Part shown: piece by piece, positions 17,643 to 26,744 of the stretch
Layout: each line of letters begins with the position of its first letter
How positions within the stretch are numbered: position 1 is the stretch's first letter
DNA from: an uncultured archaeon
GTDB taxonomy: Archaea; Asgardarchaeota; Lokiarchaeia; Sigyniarchaeales; SOKP01
DNA length: 63,660 nt
Assembly: GCA_964508365.1 (NCBI GenBank)
Contig: CAZDTP010000019.1
Coordinates: 1 to 63,660 of the forward strand
Direction: 5' to 3'
Made by a program: the position numbers and the translations under genes
The notes under the pieces: model-generated
What the model was told of the DNA's origin: nothing
Seen by the model: only the letters and a program-made list of their open reading frames with translations
The model's database searches: none

Positions 17643-19693
17643 GAGAAATATCGAAAGAAGAAGTTGATCAAATAGTTACCATGCAAACAGCTCACGCGAG
17701 CGTGCTCGAATACTACTACCAATTCAACCTAGCCTCCAAACAAGAAGAGCAACTACAAGAACTTGCCTATATCACAGCAGTAACAGCAATTAGCACGGCA
17801 ATTTCAATGGGAGTAAGTTTCGGAATTGGAAAGGTAGTTGGTTTGGCAAATAAGTACTTAGGTAGTCTTGTGAACTTACCCGATCTTTCGGGTATTACCG
17901 GGATTCAATCCGTTTCTAAAGTACAGCAATTTCTTCACGGATTTTCTACTTACCTCATGCAAGCGAGCGTAAGCTTAAGTGGATTTTCAATCGCCATAGC
18001 CTGCATCAAGGAGATTTCGCAAGAAATTTTCATAGATCCTTTAGTTGAAACCTTAGTTTCTAACCTTGTCCGAGAGATGGGATACGACGCTACGATTCAA
18101 ATGATCGCAAGCACTTTAGCAGAATCCATCCGCGAAGAGTTCTCGGGACAAATTACTAGCATGTTTAAGGGAAGCCAATCAGATTTTACATTTCAAAATT
18201 ATATTAAGAACCGAATAACTTATGAACATCAGTATCCAACTGGTCAAGAATTAGTCCAATACTTTAATAAGTACAAAGAAGCGTTAATAACTTCTCGAAA
18301 TATGAAATTTAGTTCGACTCCTAAACGATATTTTCATGATTTTTTAGGAGTATATGGAACGCCCTTGAAATTATTTATATTAGCAAGTAAAACTCTAAAT
18401 TTAGAGCGCTTATCGAATTTTCTAAAAGGAACGGGACTGGTTGCTGCTTACGCTGGTTTAACGATCCTAAGTCTCACAATCCAACAATTTTCTCCTTTTG
18501 GATCAATAGGGCTTGGGGTAATTACTATTGGAATGACAAAAATTAACCCAAGAAATGAAAAAGATATCAAAAGAGAAAAGCTAGAAGATTTACTGGAGGA
18601 TTTTTTTAAAGAATTTCCTGAAGATTTATCAAAATACCCAAGCAGAGAACTCATCGAAAGCAAGTTTAAAATAAAAATTTCTTATAAATTTCTTGAAGAT
18701 TTTCTTAAGAAAAAAAATAATTTTGAATTACAAAAAAATATTTATAAGTATTTTTGGGGGGCCGGTAAAACAGAAATTAGAGTTCAGTTAGCTGAAATTC
18801 TTAACGAGCAACTCAAAAATTATCCAAACAATATTGAAAATATTGACAGTGTAAGAACAATTGCTAAAAAACTCTATCTGGAAAAGAAAACATCTGGTGG
18901 CACAAGAGATAATATCAAGAATTGGATTGGCGAATTTTTGAAGATTAAATACGGTCCTAAATTAGCTATGAAAATATATAATGAAATATGGGCATCGAGA
19001 AGCAATATCGTCAACCAGTTGAAGTACAATGATCTAGCACTTTATATAGAAAGTAAGGGTGGAAGACTTATCACTACTGAGGAGGAATTCAATAAAATGA
19101 GCGCACCTCCTACACACCGTATTGTAAAAATCGAACACGATGCAGAAGATGGTCAAATTCATACTTTTTACAGCCGTGTTAATAATTTTTTCTATGCTGA
19201 TCAGTGGTGTTCTCAATGCATTCAATATAAGGTTGAAACAGCGGTTCGAAAGTTTATGGAAGAAATTTTTGGTGTTCCGTTTCCAAAAACAACTCTTAAG
19301 AATGCTTATGGTATTTCTAAAGCTTTAGGGGGATCCTTAGAGTTTGATGGATACAACGCAAAGGTTGTAGTAATGGGTATCTCTTTCACTATCGCTTTTG
19401 AATACGATGGGTTACAACATGATAAATTCATTAAACACTTTCATAAAACAATAGCTGAGTTTAGGTTGCGACAGTCAAGAGATGCTACAAAAGATATGAG
19501 GGCAAAAGATGAAGGAACAATCATAATTCGAATTAAAGAGTCAAAAGGATTTGATAGATATGGATTGAATAAAATCCCTGCTGAAATTGTTAAGCAATTT
19601 GAAGCTGCAACGGGTATAAAACTTAATATAAGAGGAAAATTAACATATGACATTCAATCCGGAAAAGTAAATAGGTACTTAGGTAAATATTAA
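17639..19693 (+). CDS. 5'-truncated protein with hydrophobic helical region and C-terminal PD-(D/E)xK (Vsr/DUF559-like) nuclease; candidate orphan polymorphic toxin
   Basis: Frame is open upstream of the TTG back to a stop at 17594. C-terminus reads WCSQC...ETAVRKFMEEIFG..FPK...LEFDGYN...IAFEYDGLQH...RD..K...GTIIIRI. Confidence 0.6.
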   Translation: MREISKEEVDQIVTMQTAHASVLEYYYQFNLASKQEEQLQELAYITAVTAISTAISMGVSFGIGKVVGLANKYLGSLVNLPDLSGITGIQSVSKVQQFLHGFSTYLMQASVSLSGFSIAIACIKEISQEIFIDPLVETLVSNLVREMGYDATIQMIASTLAESIREEFSGQITSMFKGSQSDFTFQNYIKNRITYEHQYPTGQELVQYFNKYKEALITSRNMKFSSTPKRYFHDFLGVYGTPLKLFILASKTLNLERLSNFLKGTGLVAAYAGLTILSLTIQQFSPFGSIGLGVITIGMTKINPRNEKDIKREKLEDLLEDFFKEFPEDLSKYPSRELIESKFKIKISYKFLEDFLKKKNNFELQKNIYKYFWGAGKTEIRVQLAEILNEQLKNYPNNIENIDSVRTIAKKLYLEKKTSGGTRDNIKNWIGEFLKIKYGPKLAMKIYNEIWASRSNIVNQLKYNDLALYIESKGGRLITTEEEFNKMSAPPTHRIVKIEHDAEDGQIHTFYSRVNNFFYADQWCSQCIQYKVETAVRKFMEEIFGVPFPKTTLKNAYGISKALGGSLEFDGYNAKVVVMGISFTIAFEYDGLQHDKFIKHFHKTIAEFRLRQSRDATKDMRAKDEGTIIIRIKESKGFDRYGLNKIPAEIVKQFEAATGIKLNIRGKLTYDIQSGKVNRYLGKY

Positions 19694-19702
19694 ATACTAA
19701 AA

Positions 19703-20224
19703 TTGTTTCTAATTTATCACATGAGAGAAGAACGGTTTGATTTAAGAGCACATAGCATAGGAGATAAGATTTCAACGGTAATTAGACAGATAGAGAGCGG
19801 TGAAATTAAGCCCGGCGATGTTGTCTTTTGTCAAAAAGCTTGCGAGGATGTAGTTTTTTTAGAAAAACCTGCAGAATCCGATCTTCTGGAATATCACAAA
19901 GCACAACGAGATGGTGAAAAATTTCCTCCTTTTCCAGGCGATGTAAAATATCGAACTTTCAGTGGTCAAATTTGTAGCGTTCCAATAGGATGTATAACCG
20001 TAATTGAAAAAGGCAATAAGTTCGTGGAGTATGAGGTAAAGGGCCGTGGATCTGATTCAAAAAACCGTGCTGATATTCTTGAATATTACGCAAGAGCTAT
20101 AGGGTTTAGAGTGGAAAGGATTAAAGTTAAGAAAGGAATTAAATTAACATTTTTTGGCGACAATCAAATAGATTTAGATCTTTTTTTAGTTCAGTGTTGC
20201 CAAAATGATCTAATGCTTTGGTAG
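19703..20224 (+). CDS. Hypothetical protein directly downstream of the nuclease ORF (candidate immunity protein); likely start ATG 19721
   Basis: Begins 9 nt after the nuclease stop on the same strand; no motif recognised. Confidence 0.6.
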   Translation: MFLIYHMREERFDLRAHSIGDKISTVIRQIESGEIKPGDVVFCQKACEDVVFLEKPAESDLLEYHKAQRDGEKFPPFPGDVKYRTFSGQICSVPIGCITVIEKGNKFVEYEVKGRGSDSKNRADILEYYARAIGFRVERIKVKKGIKLTFFGDNQIDLDLFLVQCCQNDLMLW

Positions 20225-20310
20225 AATTAGGTTCAGGTATATATTAAAATCAAGCGATGATATACTTGATAAATAGCAGCTATTTAACATTTAAAATAAT
20301 TTATTGAGTT

Positions 20311-20320
20311 AAAAAAAAAA
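20311..20320 (-). terminator. T10 tract just downstream of tRNA-Ile (archaeal oligo-T terminator)
   Basis: Ten A on the + strand, 2 nt after the discriminator base. Confidence 0.55.
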
Positions 20321-20321
20321 G

Positions 20322-20472
20322 TGGGCCTTCGGGGATTTGAACCCCGGCTCTCAGGCGTCTACTGACACAGTCAATTATTACTTTATTTGTCTGACTGCGG
20401 GTCACTTATAAGACCTGCGCTTGTTGGCCAAGCTTACTCTAAATGCTGTTAACCAAACTAAGCAAAAGGCCC
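20322..20472 (-). tRNA. tRNA-Ile (anticodon UAU) with two introns: 20423-20449 (D-loop 21/22, 27 nt) and 49 nt in the anticodon loop (20358-20406 if 37/38; 20357-20405 if 38/39)
   Basis: Acceptor GGGCCTT/AAGGCCC + A73; T-arm CGGGG-TTCAAAT-CCCCG; short variable loop; anticodon arm CAGGT-CT-TAT-A..GCCTG; D-loop intron has a BHB with helix TGGT/GCCA; mature length 75 nt. U9 is atypical. Confidence 0.8.
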
Positions 20473-20709
20473 GAAATCATAATTGAGCATATTTCCTCAT
20501 CCAAATACATAATTCGGAAATAATTAACAATTATAAATTAAAATCCTTTTACTTCAATTATAAAATCTAAAAGCATAAAAACATAAAAATTTTTTTATTG
20601 GTGTAATCTGTTATATTAATAATTAAAATCATAAAAAAAAAACTTTCAAAAAATTCGTTAAAACGAAATAGGTGCATATAATCATTTTACGAGAAAACCA
20701 AATGGGTGC

Positions 20710-21120
20710 ATGAACATGGCAGAAATGCTAACCGATTTATTAAATTCAATTTACACAAGGATAGCTCAACTTGGTCAAGCAATACAAGGATTGAAAACGT
20801 CTTTAGATGGGCTTAACCAGAACATTGAGCAGAAAATCTCCAATTTAAACGAAAAACTAAAGGAATTCTCGGTTGAAATAGATACTACTAAAGGCAAGCA
20901 TATTGAAGTCTTAAGAGAAATTGGAGAGGGTACAAAACGAGAGTTGGTAAAGATTCAGGAAGGATTAGGATTAGATGCGCTTGCAACATTAATATCAAAT
21001 CTGGAAGAGTTTGAAAAATTATCAGGAGAAGTACTTAACCAAGATACCGTTAATTTATTACTTTCCGAAGCAATTAGTTCAGTAAAAAACATGAAAAAAG
21101 TAAACCAATCTAAAATATAA
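20710..21120 (+). CDS. Small coiled-coil protein 1
   Basis: 136 aa, continuous heptad pattern, no Cys/Trp. Confidence 0.75.
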   Translation: MNMAEMLTDLLNSIYTRIAQLGQAIQGLKTSLDGLNQNIEQKISNLNEKLKEFSVEIDTTKGKHIEVLREIGEGTKRELVKIQEGLGLDALATLISNLEEFEKLSGEVLNQDTVNLLLSEAISSVKNMKKVNQSKI

Positions 21121-21158
21121 TATAATAAATGAGTAAAATTTAAAGAGTTGATAATTTT

Positions 21159-21581
21159 ATGGCCGAAAAATTGTTAGACAACTTGATTATTAAAATTAAT
21201 CAAATTACAACATCGCTTGACGGAACTATTTCCCAGATCACCCAAATGAGTACTGCGATTCAAAATATGTCACAGCGATTCTCTGAGGAAACGATTTCTG
21301 TTAATGAAAACATCAGATTAATAGTAGAAGTTCTAAAACAATTTCGTATGAAGTCAAGTGAGAGCATACAAGAAATTTCAGATGATTTTAATGCGAAAAT
21401 AAAAGAACTGTACGAAAAAAAATCTATTGAACTTATAACTGAGGAGGAAAAGAAAGCTATTGAAATGATAAAGCAAGCTTCTAAAGCCGTCTCTAATAAT
21501 CTCTATTATGCTCAATTATTAAATGTTATTCAGTCCATAAGAGAAGAAACTAATAGAATCATCAGTTGTAAAGACCAGTAA
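21159..21581 (+). CDS. Small coiled-coil protein 2
   Basis: 140 aa, all-helical heptad pattern. Confidence 0.75.
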   Translation: MAEKLLDNLIIKINQITTSLDGTISQITQMSTAIQNMSQRFSEETISVNENIRLIVEVLKQFRMKSSESIQEISDDFNAKIKELYEKKSIELITEEEKKAIEMIKQASKAVSNNLYYAQLLNVIQSIREETNRIISCKDQ

Positions 21582-21648
21582 AAAGCTTAATTTTTATGAT
21601 TTCGCTTGATTTATATTATTATTAATTAATTTATAGAGTAGAATAATT

Positions 21649-22551
21649 ATGCCGGTGGGTAGTTTTGTGGTATTACTTCCTTTAGATGCTGATTACAAGA
21701 TATTAGGTTATTATAATAAGGAAGGAAAATCTGAATTTGAAATTACAAACGATTTGTTTCTCAGACTTAATTTAGATCATTCAAAGGATGAATTTAACTT
21801 ATTGAAACTAAAGGAACATATATTATTTTCATATGTATACAATTTCAAAGGAAAGCTAGCACGAAAAGCTTCTGGAGTCATCATTGGATTATTACTTAAT
21901 GAAAATGACAAACCAGAAAAGTTCCGTTCTGCTTTAAAAGAAGGAGCTGAGGCTATTGAAGTTTTAGGATTAGAAGTTTTAACGATGAATCCTGAAGAAT
22001 TTGAGCCGTTATTGAAAGATATTTACTTAGAGCATTTAGAGCCGTTAGTTGATATCCTCAAGCCCGAAGCTTTAAAAGCTAGCATCATCGCAATAACAAA
22101 ATTGATGTTAAGCGGGGGAAAACAAGAAAGAAGAATAACTCAAGATTTATTGAAAAAAGTAGAAGAAGAAGAACACATCAAAATCACAGAAAATTTTAAT
22201 AGTGCAAATAACGCTTTAAAGACTTTAGAATACGAGAAAGCATCGAAACTATTTAAGAGGGCTGCTGAGATTGCTGAAGAATTATATCTTATCGATATTG
22301 CAGAATCGTTAAGAGAAAAAGCTAATTTTTCTGGAGATGTTCCAAGTATGGCAAAAGCAAGAGATAAATTAGTTCAAGACGCAAGAAATTTCCTAAGAGG
22401 AGAAGATTTTCATTCCGCTTATAAATCTTACAAGAAGGCTAGCGAACTTTCTAAAAAACTCGTCGATTTTATTAAAGAAGAAGAATACCGATTAAAATCG
22501 AAAGCGCTTGAAGAATTCTATAAAGTTGATGAAAAATATAAGAAAAAATAA
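21649..22551 (+). CDS. Protein with longin/uDENN-like N-terminal alpha/beta domain and TPR-like helical C-terminus
   Basis: Beta-hairpin start, LFLRL helix and GVIIGLLL strand followed by a long helix; C-terminal YEKASKLFKRAAEIA and FHSAYKSYKKASELS repeats. Confidence 0.5.
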   Translation: MPVGSFVVLLPLDADYKILGYYNKEGKSEFEITNDLFLRLNLDHSKDEFNLLKLKEHILFSYVYNFKGKLARKASGVIIGLLLNENDKPEKFRSALKEGAEAIEVLGLEVLTMNPEEFEPLLKDIYLEHLEPLVDILKPEALKASIIAITKLMLSGGKQERRITQDLLKKVEEEEHIKITENFNSANNALKTLEYEKASKLFKRAAEIAEELYLIDIAESLREKANFSGDVPSMAKARDKLVQDARNFLRGEDFHSAYKSYKKASELSKKLVDFIKEEEYRLKSKALEEFYKVDEKYKKK

Positions 22552-22621
22552 TTATACTCATAAAACAAATATATTTATTTTAAAACGATTTTTAAACACT
22601 TTTTAATAAAGTTTCAACAAG

Positions 22622-23431
22622 ATGGAAAAATTAGATAACCAAATTATCGGTTTGATTACTGATTTTGGGGCTAGGGGGCAGCACTATGTAGCAAGCATGA
22701 AGGGGATTATACTAAACATTAATCCTAAAGCGAGTATTATTGATATCGCTCATAACATAACTCCTTTCTCAATCATAGAAGCTGCTTATATTATCAAATC
22801 TACCTATTCACTATACCCTAAAAATACCATCTTTATAATTGTAGTAGACCCTGGAGTAGGTAGTAGCCGAGAGATTATAATAATAAGAACTAAATCAGGC
22901 TATTTTTTTATTGGTCCAAATAATGGAATTTTTACAAATGTATTTGGCTCTAGTGAAATTTCGAAATGTATCCATATTAAAAACGAACAATATTTTAATA
23001 CCCCCGTCTCAAAAACATTTCACGGTAGAGATATTATGGCTCCTATTGGAGCTTATTTATCCAAAGGTGTTGACATTGATAAGTTCGGTTCAAAATTCCC
23101 TATTACCAAACTAATTAACTTCCCGATTGAGCTTAAAAAAATTTCAGATAATGAGATTAGATGTACAATCCAATATATCGATGAATTTGGCAATTTAATT
23201 ACAAACATTAAAGGAAATTCCATCATTTTTAAGGAAGATACAGAAATGGCAATAAGAACAGGAGAACAAAAAATAAGGGGAAATTTTGTAAAATTTTTCG
23301 AAGAAGTTTTTGTTAATTCCCTATTATTTAATGTAGGATCGAGCGGATTCCTAGAAATCTCGAAAAATCAGGGCAATGCAGCAAGAGATTTAAGGCTAAA
23401 GGTTGGAGATATTATAACAGTTGAACTATAG
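22622..23431 (+). CDS. SAM hydrolase/chlorinase-fluorinase family protein (DUF62)
   Basis: IGLITDFG, IIDIAHNI, VVDPGVGSSR, TFHGRDIMAP, DEFGNLITN, GSSGFLEIS. Confidence 0.93.
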   Translation: MEKLDNQIIGLITDFGARGQHYVASMKGIILNINPKASIIDIAHNITPFSIIEAAYIIKSTYSLYPKNTIFIIVVDPGVGSSREIIIIRTKSGYFFIGPNNGIFTNVFGSSEISKCIHIKNEQYFNTPVSKTFHGRDIMAPIGAYLSKGVDIDKFGSKFPITKLINFPIELKKISDNEIRCTIQYIDEFGNLITNIKGNSIIFKEDTEMAIRTGEQKIRGNFVKFFEEVFVNSLLFNVGSSGFLEISKNQGNAARDLRLKVGDIITVEL

Positions 23432-23442
23432 GAGGTAAAAGA

Positions 23443-24594
23443 ATGGATGAAGAAGTAATAGCTTGCATTTCTGATGAGAACATAAAATTTTTACATTCGG
23501 GACAAATAGAAAAGTATATCTTTCCTATGCATAGAGGGGAAGCTCATAAAAAAGGAATATGTCACCTTATAATTCGCTTATTTGTAATCACTGTAACTCC
23601 TAATAACCAAATTTATTATCTAGTTCAAAAACGTGGTAAAATGAAAAAAAGCTTCCCTGAATACTATACAGACTCTGCTTCGGGGCATGTTTTATATAAA
23701 AAAAATCTAAATTTATATGATATACAGAAGGAAGCAAAAAGAGAATTAGCGGAAGAATTTGGCATACTCCCAAAACACCTTGAAAAATTAATATTTTACG
23801 ATTTAATTTCAGAGGAAGATAAGGGGACAACTGAAATTGCTTATGTTTTCTTAGGATTAGTTAATCACGATGTAGAATTAAAACCTAATCCAAATGAATT
23901 AGAAGTTGGTTGTAGTCGTTTTTATACGAAATCTGAATTATCAGTAATATTAAAGAACGAAAATTCAGTAGATTATTCTAAAGATATATGGAATAAACTA
24001 TTTTTAGTGGACTTAGATGAAATTTTTGGGCTTAATCCTAGCAATAATAAGAATATTTCTTCAAAAAAAGATGTAGCTTTATTTCTTGGGAGATTTCAAC
24101 CATTACATCATGGTCATATTTACATGCTTACTAAGATATTAAGATTATATAAAAAAATTAAAATTGGAGTAGGAAGCTCTCAATTTTCTAAAACAAAAAT
24201 CAATCCTTTTACCTATGAGGAGAGGGTCAATTTTATATCATCTGCGTTAAACAAGAGAGGTATAACCTCAGAAAGGTTTAGTATATATCCTATTCCCGAT
24301 ATTTTCAATGCACGTAAGTGGGTAAATCATGTTACTTCTATTGTTGGAAGTTTTGATACTATTTTTTCTAATAGCGATTGGGTTCGCCAACTTTTTCAGA
24401 ATGAGGGATATACCGTAGGCGAAAAAATAGAAATTTTTAAGAAAAAATATAACGCATCAAATGTTAGAAAATTAATTTACAAGGATAACAGGAACTGGAC
24501 GACTTTAGTCCCAAAAGAGGTTGTAAATTTAATAAAAGATTACGAAGGAATTGAACGTATCAGAAATTTATTTAATAAAGTGGATTCAGCTTGA
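23443..24594 (+). CDS. nadM: Fusion: N-terminal Nudix (IDI-like) domain + C-terminal NMN adenylyltransferase
   Basis: LVQKR...SASGHV...AKRELAEEFGI, then FLGRFQPLHHGH, GVGSSQ, NPFTYEER and YNASNVR. Confidence 0.85.
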   Translation: MDEEVIACISDENIKFLHSGQIEKYIFPMHRGEAHKKGICHLIIRLFVITVTPNNQIYYLVQKRGKMKKSFPEYYTDSASGHVLYKKNLNLYDIQKEAKRELAEEFGILPKHLEKLIFYDLISEEDKGTTEIAYVFLGLVNHDVELKPNPNELEVGCSRFYTKSELSVILKNENSVDYSKDIWNKLFLVDLDEIFGLNPSNNKNISSKKDVALFLGRFQPLHHGHIYMLTKILRLYKKIKIGVGSSQFSKTKINPFTYEERVNFISSALNKRGITSERFSIYPIPDIFNARKWVNHVTSIVGSFDTIFSNSDWVRQLFQNEGYTVGEKIEIFKKKYNASNVRKLIYKDNRNWTTLVPKEVVNLIKDYEGIERIRNLFNKVDSA

Positions 24595-25661
24595 ATAACA
24601 AGAATTATTTAGAGATCGACGGTTCTCTGGGAGAAGGAGGCGGAGCTATATTACGTCTTAGCGCAGCTTATTCTGTTTTATTTAAAAAACCTATAACAAT
24701 CAAAAATATCCGTGCTAATCGACCAAATCCTGGGTTAAGGCTACAACATCTTCTCGGATTAAAAACATTGTCAGATCTATCAAATAGTACATTAAGCAAT
24801 TGCAATGTTGGAACTGAAGAAATTACTTTTATTCCTAACATTAAAAATGAAGTAAAGAGTAACATCAGTTTAAATATTAATACGGCAGCGAGTATTGGCC
24901 TTTTATTACAGCCCATTCAAATTGCAAGTTTAGGGTTTAAAAAACCCGAAAAAATTAAGATAAAAATTAGAGGTGGTGGCACGTTTGGCAAATGGGCGCC
25001 TAGTTTAAATTATCTAAAAACAGTTACCTCTAAAATTTTTGAAGCATCAGGATTAAAAATCAAGATCGATATCCTTAAACATGGTTTCTATCCAAAAGGA
25101 GGAGCACAAGTGAATTGTTGTATTTATCCCCCCCAAAAAACCTTAAATCCGATAAATTTAACAGAATTAGGTAATGTAGAAAGAATTCTTGGCGATATAA
25201 TTATAACAAATCAATTAAGGAGGAATAGAGACAACATTGGAATAAGAATTAGAGAAACTATTCAACAGAGGTTAAAAAGAGACTTAAAGGTTGAAACAGA
25301 CATTAAAATCACATGGATAGATTCATTAAGTCCTGGCGTAGGAGTGTCCTTGTGGGCTCAATCAGACACAGGGGCGATAATTTCATCAGGTACGATTTTA
25401 GGAGATAAAAAAACCTCATCCGAGAAGCTAGGTAACATAACAGCTCAAAAAATAATCTCTTACATACAAAATGAAATTCCTATAGATAATTATCTTAGCG
25501 ATCAATTAATCCCGTTAATGGGTTACATAGAAGAAAAATCGTGTATAAAAGTATCAGAAATAACTAATCATACAAGAACGAATTTAGAATTATCTAAACG
25601 ATTTACTAAAAAAGATTATAAAATTGTAAAATCTAAAAACTTCTATAAAATTCATCTTTAA
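24591..25661 (+). CDS. rtcA: RNA 3'-terminal phosphate cyclase
   Basis: IDGSLGEGGGAILR, RANRPNPGLRLQH, HGFYPKGG, DNYLSDQL and NHTRTN (catalytic His). Confidence 0.95.
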   Translation: MNNKNYLEIDGSLGEGGGAILRLSAAYSVLFKKPITIKNIRANRPNPGLRLQHLLGLKTLSDLSNSTLSNCNVGTEEITFIPNIKNEVKSNISLNINTAASIGLLLQPIQIASLGFKKPEKIKIKIRGGGTFGKWAPSLNYLKTVTSKIFEASGLKIKIDILKHGFYPKGGAQVNCCIYPPQKTLNPINLTELGNVERILGDIIITNQLRRNRDNIGIRIRETIQQRLKRDLKVETDIKITWIDSLSPGVGVSLWAQSDTGAIISSGTILGDKKTSSEKLGNITAQKIISYIQNEIPIDNYLSDQLIPLMGYIEEKSCIKVSEITNHTRTNLELSKRFTKKDYKIVKSKNFYKIHL

Positions 25662-25823
25662 AAGTAACTTTATACGAAATGAATAGAATTATATTTTCGA
25701 ATCGAAAAGTGTTCGAATTTAATTTAAAAATACCTTTAAATTCAAAAAAACCCTACAGTAAAGAAATTTTTAAAGGATGATAATTATATGATTAGTATAA
25801 AAATTTAGAAGTGCTAAAAAACC

Positions 25824-26723
25824 ATGGCTCGCTGTCCTAGATGCGGTAACGAGAATCGAATGGATTCGTTCGTATGTGCTTTTTGTGGTAAACGATTAAG
25901 AATTGAAAGGATAGAAAACTTTTCTATTTTTAAGCGTATCGAAGAGGATTTCACTTCTCCGGCTCGCTGGTATGTTACAATACTGTGGTTATTTACTAAA
26001 CCAAATAGAGCTTTTTGGAACATTAACCACAAAAGGAAAGACGCACCAGGTATGAAAATTCTATTATTCAATGCGTTGTTGTATGGTTTAATGGGTTTAG
26101 CTTTATTTTCACATATTAATATCACTTCAATACCACTCTTTACACTTGGGAGGTTTTTTATTGATTTGGCGGCTTTCATAGCGTTTTTTGCATTTGGATT
26201 TTTGTTTTATTTCATTTTTGCTTTAATTCTTATTTGGATTTTTTCCAGAGGAGCAAATATTGCCGTAGATTTTTCAGAACGATTAGATGCTCGTTTTGGA
26301 GATAAGGAAGATGAATCTGAGAAATACAGTGAGACCGAAATGAGCGTTTTTAGCATTTATAAAGGAGGAACAGTACATCAACAACAAGCCTCAAAATTCA
26401 ATATGATGCTAACAGCGTTTGCCCCCTATTTATTGATAAACGCAATTGAAATTCTGATAATTCTGATAGGATTACCTACTATCAATATACCAAGCATACC
26501 TTCTTTTGAAACTTTAAATGCTCCGTTGTTTGCTTCACCAGTTTGGACTGTCCTACACCTAATTGAAGCGTTAACAATTGCTATTTGGGTTCCCATTCTA
26601 ATTTCTCTTTCTATTAGAGAATTATCTAACTCATCCACCTTCCGAGTGTTAATATCATCAGTAATAATAGGGATAATTGTAGCCATACTCTTTTATTTCT
26701 TACGACCTACTTTTATTTTTTAG
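25824..26723 (+). CDS. Zinc-ribbon + Yip1-like multi-pass membrane protein
   Basis: CPRCG..CAFCG at the N-terminus; LFTKPNRAFW amphipathic segment typical of Yip1, then ~5 TM helices. Confidence 0.65.
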   Translation: MARCPRCGNENRMDSFVCAFCGKRLRIERIENFSIFKRIEEDFTSPARWYVTILWLFTKPNRAFWNINHKRKDAPGMKILLFNALLYGLMGLALFSHINITSIPLFTLGRFFIDLAAFIAFFAFGFLFYFIFALILIWIFSRGANIAVDFSERLDARFGDKEDESEKYSETEMSVFSIYKGGTVHQQQASKFNMMLTAFAPYLLINAIEILIILIGLPTINIPSIPSFETLNAPLFASPVWTVLHLIEALTIAIWVPILISLSIRELSNSSTFRVLISSVIIGIIVAILFYFLRPTFIF

Positions 26724-26744
26724 TACAAAAATAATAGGACCCGG

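Larger units (their letters stand above)
11455..20321. mobile_element. Probable degraded accessory island at the 3' end of tRNA-Ile
   Basis: Contains non-core genes, a transposase stub and a truncated ORF; bounded by a repeat scar on the left and the tRNA 3' end on the right. No integrase or att duplicate seen. Confidence 0.5.

Noticed and set aside
20340-20410. Alternative anticodons (TAG Leu or GTA Tyr) from the 3' part of the tRNA intron
   Set aside because: The short variable loop excludes Leu and G1-C72 argues against archaeal Tyr; only CT-TAT-A gives a canonical 7-nt loop on the CAGGT/GCCTG stem.
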